Shown one piece after another: positions 61,424 to 64,000 of a DNA stretch of 64,000 bases. Position 1 is the stretch's first letter; every line of letters starts with the position of its first letter. The stretch is from Planctomycetota bacterium (GTDB lineage: Bacteria > Planctomycetota > UBA1135 > UBA2386), in contig OZ245006.1 of assembly GCA_965223545.1 (NCBI GenBank), positions 7,264,001 to 7,328,000 of the forward strand, in the 5' to 3' direction. A model generated the notes under the pieces. The model did no database searches. It worked only from the letters and a program-made list of their open reading frames with translations, and was not told where the DNA came from. The position numbers and the translations under genes were made by a program.

Positions 61424-62578
61424 TCAGCCCCGATCGGTTCTCCCTGGGTCCGAGCTGTCCTCGCTCTCGTCCGCCTGCGGTTCTGCTGACCGAAGAGGAA
61501 GGCGCTTCGACGGTGATCCATCCGAGTGACTGTGCGCGTCGTCGTAGACATCCAGGTGCGCGTCCTTGGGGAAGATGGGGTCTATCCTGACCCCTTGAGG
61601 CTCCTGAGTGAGCCGGACTAGCTGCTCTGTGCCATCGGTGCGGATGGCCCCGGTCAGCATCAAGTATCCGACCGGTTGCTCGAGGTTCATCTTGAAGCTC
61701 GGCCCGAAGTTGAAGGTCACCTTCAGGGGTGCAGTCAGAGTCGGGTAGATCATCGACGCGATTCCACCTTCGTCCAGCGTACAGCCAGAGTGGATGCCGC
61801 AGACGTTGCCTTCATCGTTGAACACGGGCCCTCCACTCTGACCTGGGTAGGTCTCTTGGCCCGTCAGGAAGCACGGTCCACCGACGAAACGATGCCGGTG
61901 CAGGAAGAGCGTTCCGACGCGGCCCTCCACGACCATCAACTTGTGCTGGTATTTTGACCTCCAGTCGAAGGTCCCTGCACGGATGTCCGAGGCTGACATT
62001 CCATGCTTTGCGAGTTCGTCTGGGAATCGGTAGCCGACGGTCAGCACCCGCGTTCCCGTCTCGGGCAGCCCAGGACTAAGCCGAGGAGAGAGCAGGGCCG
62101 TTGGAGGCGTCTCCTTGACGAGCGAACCAAACACCGCGTCGGTTGGGGGAGCACCGGCCACGTTCGTGATGGGCCAGACGGTAAATCGCATCACATCGGG
62201 CTCCACCAGTTGGTAGTGGAGGACGCTCAGGCCGTTGTCCTTCAAGTCGTGGTGTCCAGGCCCCTCGAAGGACCGAGGGTTCCTCTCGTTTCTGACTGCC
62301 TCGTCGATGCAGTGCTTGGCCGTTGCGACAATCCCGAACCTACTCACGCAGAACGCTGTTCCGATCGGATAGAGCCGATCGTTGTGCTGCCTAAGGAGAG
62401 GGAAGACACCCTGACTGAGAGGGTTTTCCCACTGGGGCAGCTCCCATTCAGGCTCGTCCTCCGATCGGAAGGATCGGAGGTCTATGCGCCCGTCGTTGGT
62501 CCCTGACCGTGCGCCTGCCCCCTCCTGGCCTTCTGGGGTGCTCTTGGAAGGTTCGTCCTCGTTGTTCTTGTTGCTCAT
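61424..62578 (-). CDS. Trypsin-like serine protease (no signal peptide)
   Basis: GTAF, ATAKHC, TD, PGQSGGPV; GAGG RBS. Confidence 0.85.
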   Translation of the reverse strand: MSNKNNEDEPSKSTPEGQEGAGARSGTNDGRIDLRSFRSEDEPEWELPQWENPLSQGVFPLLRQHNDRLYPIGTAFCVSRFGIVATAKHCIDEAVRNERNPRSFEGPGHHDLKDNGLSVLHYQLVEPDVMRFTVWPITNVAGAPPTDAVFGSLVKETPPTALLSPRLSPGLPETGTRVLTVGYRFPDELAKHGMSASDIRAGTFDWRSKYQHKLMVVEGRVGTLFLHRHRFVGGPCFLTGQETYPGQSGGPVFNDEGNVCGIHSGCTLDEGGIASMIYPTLTAPLKVTFNFGPSFKMNLEQPVGYLMLTGAIRTDGTEQLVRLTQEPQGVRIDPIFPKDAHLDVYDDAHSHSDGSPSKRLPLRSAEPQADESEDSSDPGRTDRG

Positions 62579-62769
62579 CGATCCACCTCATTCGCTTCGC
62601 CCGACAAGTGGCCACGACCGTTGGGTGATTGCTCGTCGATCAACTCGTTGCGGAGCCCCTTCGATGCGGCCAGTCCTCATGTTGGCGGGATCACCCAAGG
62701 ATCTCGTCGAGCACTTCCGTGACCCCGGCCCGCCGTCGCCATGCCGCTCGGCGAACAGCCTCGCCATCA

Positions 62770-64000
62770 TCAATGCCTCAACCGCTTGCTGACCTTGGCC
62801 TCGGAATCTTGCCACTCGGCTTCGTGGTCATACGAGGCGGCGATGTCTTCGAGGGCGCGGGCGACGTACGGATACTCGAACGCGAGCTTCTGCGACCAGT
62901 CGCGGTACTTAGCTGCGAGGTCACGCTCTTGTGCTCCCCCTTCGCCGCGCCAGTGGACGCCGCGCGAGTTGCGGACGCCTATGTTAAAGCCTCTGGCGAT
63001 CTCGGGAGAGGCGATGTGTTCCATCGCTTCGCATACTGGTGCACACGGCCAGGTGTCTGAGTCGTCCGAAGGAGCCTTGGCCAGGAGCTGCCCAATACAC
63101 TGATCGGTGATCTCGGCGCGGCCGTACAGCGTTGCGAGTTCGCGGACCTGCTCAAGCCAGTCCGCCAGGTCGCCGGTGACTATCTTGCCGTCGGGGTTGG
63201 TTCCCGGGATGCGCTTGATTTGGTCAATCACCCGGCGCATCGCGGAGCCGACGGCGCGGCACTGCTCGGGATCCTCAATCTGCCATTCCGGCGGGTCCTG
63301 CCCATCATCGCTTCGCTTCCAGAGCAGCGCCATCGCCTGCATGTACAGGAGCGGTGAGTCCGCGATCTGGCGTTCGAGGTTGGGGATGCCGTGCTCAGAG
63401 CGGTCGAGCGCGCTCGCGAACCGGAACTCCATCTGCGCCATGTCGTTCACCGTGACGCCGGCGCGTCCGTCGAGCGCTTCAAGCGCCTGGGAAATGTCGT
63501 GAGCGTCCAACTGATACGCACCCTGAGGCTCCGTGCTGACGCTGGACACGTCGGTCAGCAGTCGCTTGATGCGTGAGGTTTCGAGGCGCACCCAATCCAT
63601 GTGCGCCGCGTGGAAGGCCGCCCGCGGCCGTTCGACGTTGAGCAAGCGGTCAACGAGCTCGTTCAGATCTGACTCGGAGTGACGGCGTCCCCACTGAGGA
63701 GGCACCGCTTTCCAGTAGCGATTGCCGAACTCCTCGCCGTACTCGTCGACGATGAGCCAGGTCGCTCTCTCGAACGGGGATGACTTGAGGAGTCTCACCC
63801 GCTGCTCCGCGTCGAGCGTGTCGGCCGCGGTCCGCAGAAGCGCCCGACGCGGCTCCGCATCAACCGTCCACAGGAACCCTGATATGCAGGCCTCAGCCTT
63901 CGGCTCGAGGTCGCCGTGTACGTCAAGGCAGCGGCGAACAAACTCGATACGTGCTGCCGGCTCAGTCACACAGAGAGCCGCATACTGCCCGACGGTGGGC
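62770..64000 (-). CDS. C-terminal part of a large helical hypothetical protein (starts beyond the window)
   Basis: Frame open to the window edge; ends with NSRGVHWRGEGGAQERDLAAKY..YP..A..L..IA..Y. Confidence 0.75.
   Translation of the reverse strand, partial: PTVGQYAALCVTEPAARIEFVRRCLDVHGDLEPKAEACISGFLWTVDAEPRRALLRTAADTLDAEQRVRLLKSSPFERATWLIVDEYGEEFGNRYWKAVPPQWGRRHSESDLNELVDRLLNVERPRAAFHAAHMDWVRLETSRIKRLLTDVSSVSTEPQGAYQLDAHDISQALEALDGRAGVTVNDMAQMEFRFASALDRSEHGIPNLERQIADSPLLYMQAMALLWKRSDDGQDPPEWQIEDPEQCRAVGSAMRRVIDQIKRIPGTNPDGKIVTGDLADWLEQVRELATLYGRAEITDQCIGQLLAKAPSDDSDTWPCAPVCEAMEHIASPEIARGFNIGVRNSRGVHWRGEGGAQERDLAAKYRDWSQKLAFEYPYVARALEDIAASYDHEAEWQDSEAKVSKRLRH

Noticed and set aside
62588..62815. 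75-aa ORF between the protease and the large gene
   Set aside because: No motifs and non-protein-like composition; cannot be supported

Overview
High-GC bacterial chromosome segment, most likely Planctomycetota. This is inferred from the ECF-sigma/Ser-Thr kinase pair, the Zn-ribbon SpoVG next to ispE, the AroD-AroE fusion and many secreted proteins sharing a C-terminal domain. Positions 1-54.3 kb are mixed housekeeping and accessory genes: three ECF sigmas, a PNPase homolog, adenosine deaminase, ELWxxDGT/PKD/VPS10 surface proteins, an FHA-GAF-cyclase, and a pssA-folK/panC-ispE-spoVG-DUF2520-aroDE-aroK operon. Two IS elements sit in this part (IS110 at ~7524-9463, IS1634 at 23532-25520). An initiator tRNA-Met at 54434-54510 is followed by a degraded genomic island. 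It holds a truncated tyrosine integrase, a decayed IS256, a pentapeptide/TM gene, an IS66 nested in an rve transposase, a trypsin-like protease and a large partial ORF. The most informative signal is the IS110. Its 5' non-coding end folds into a bridge-RNA-like structure whose four guide segments match its own ends and its insertion site. That site lies in a ~190-bp dispersed repeat with an empty copy at ~23328. The recombinase has Thr where the family usually has the catalytic Ser. All alignments and folds were done by eye.
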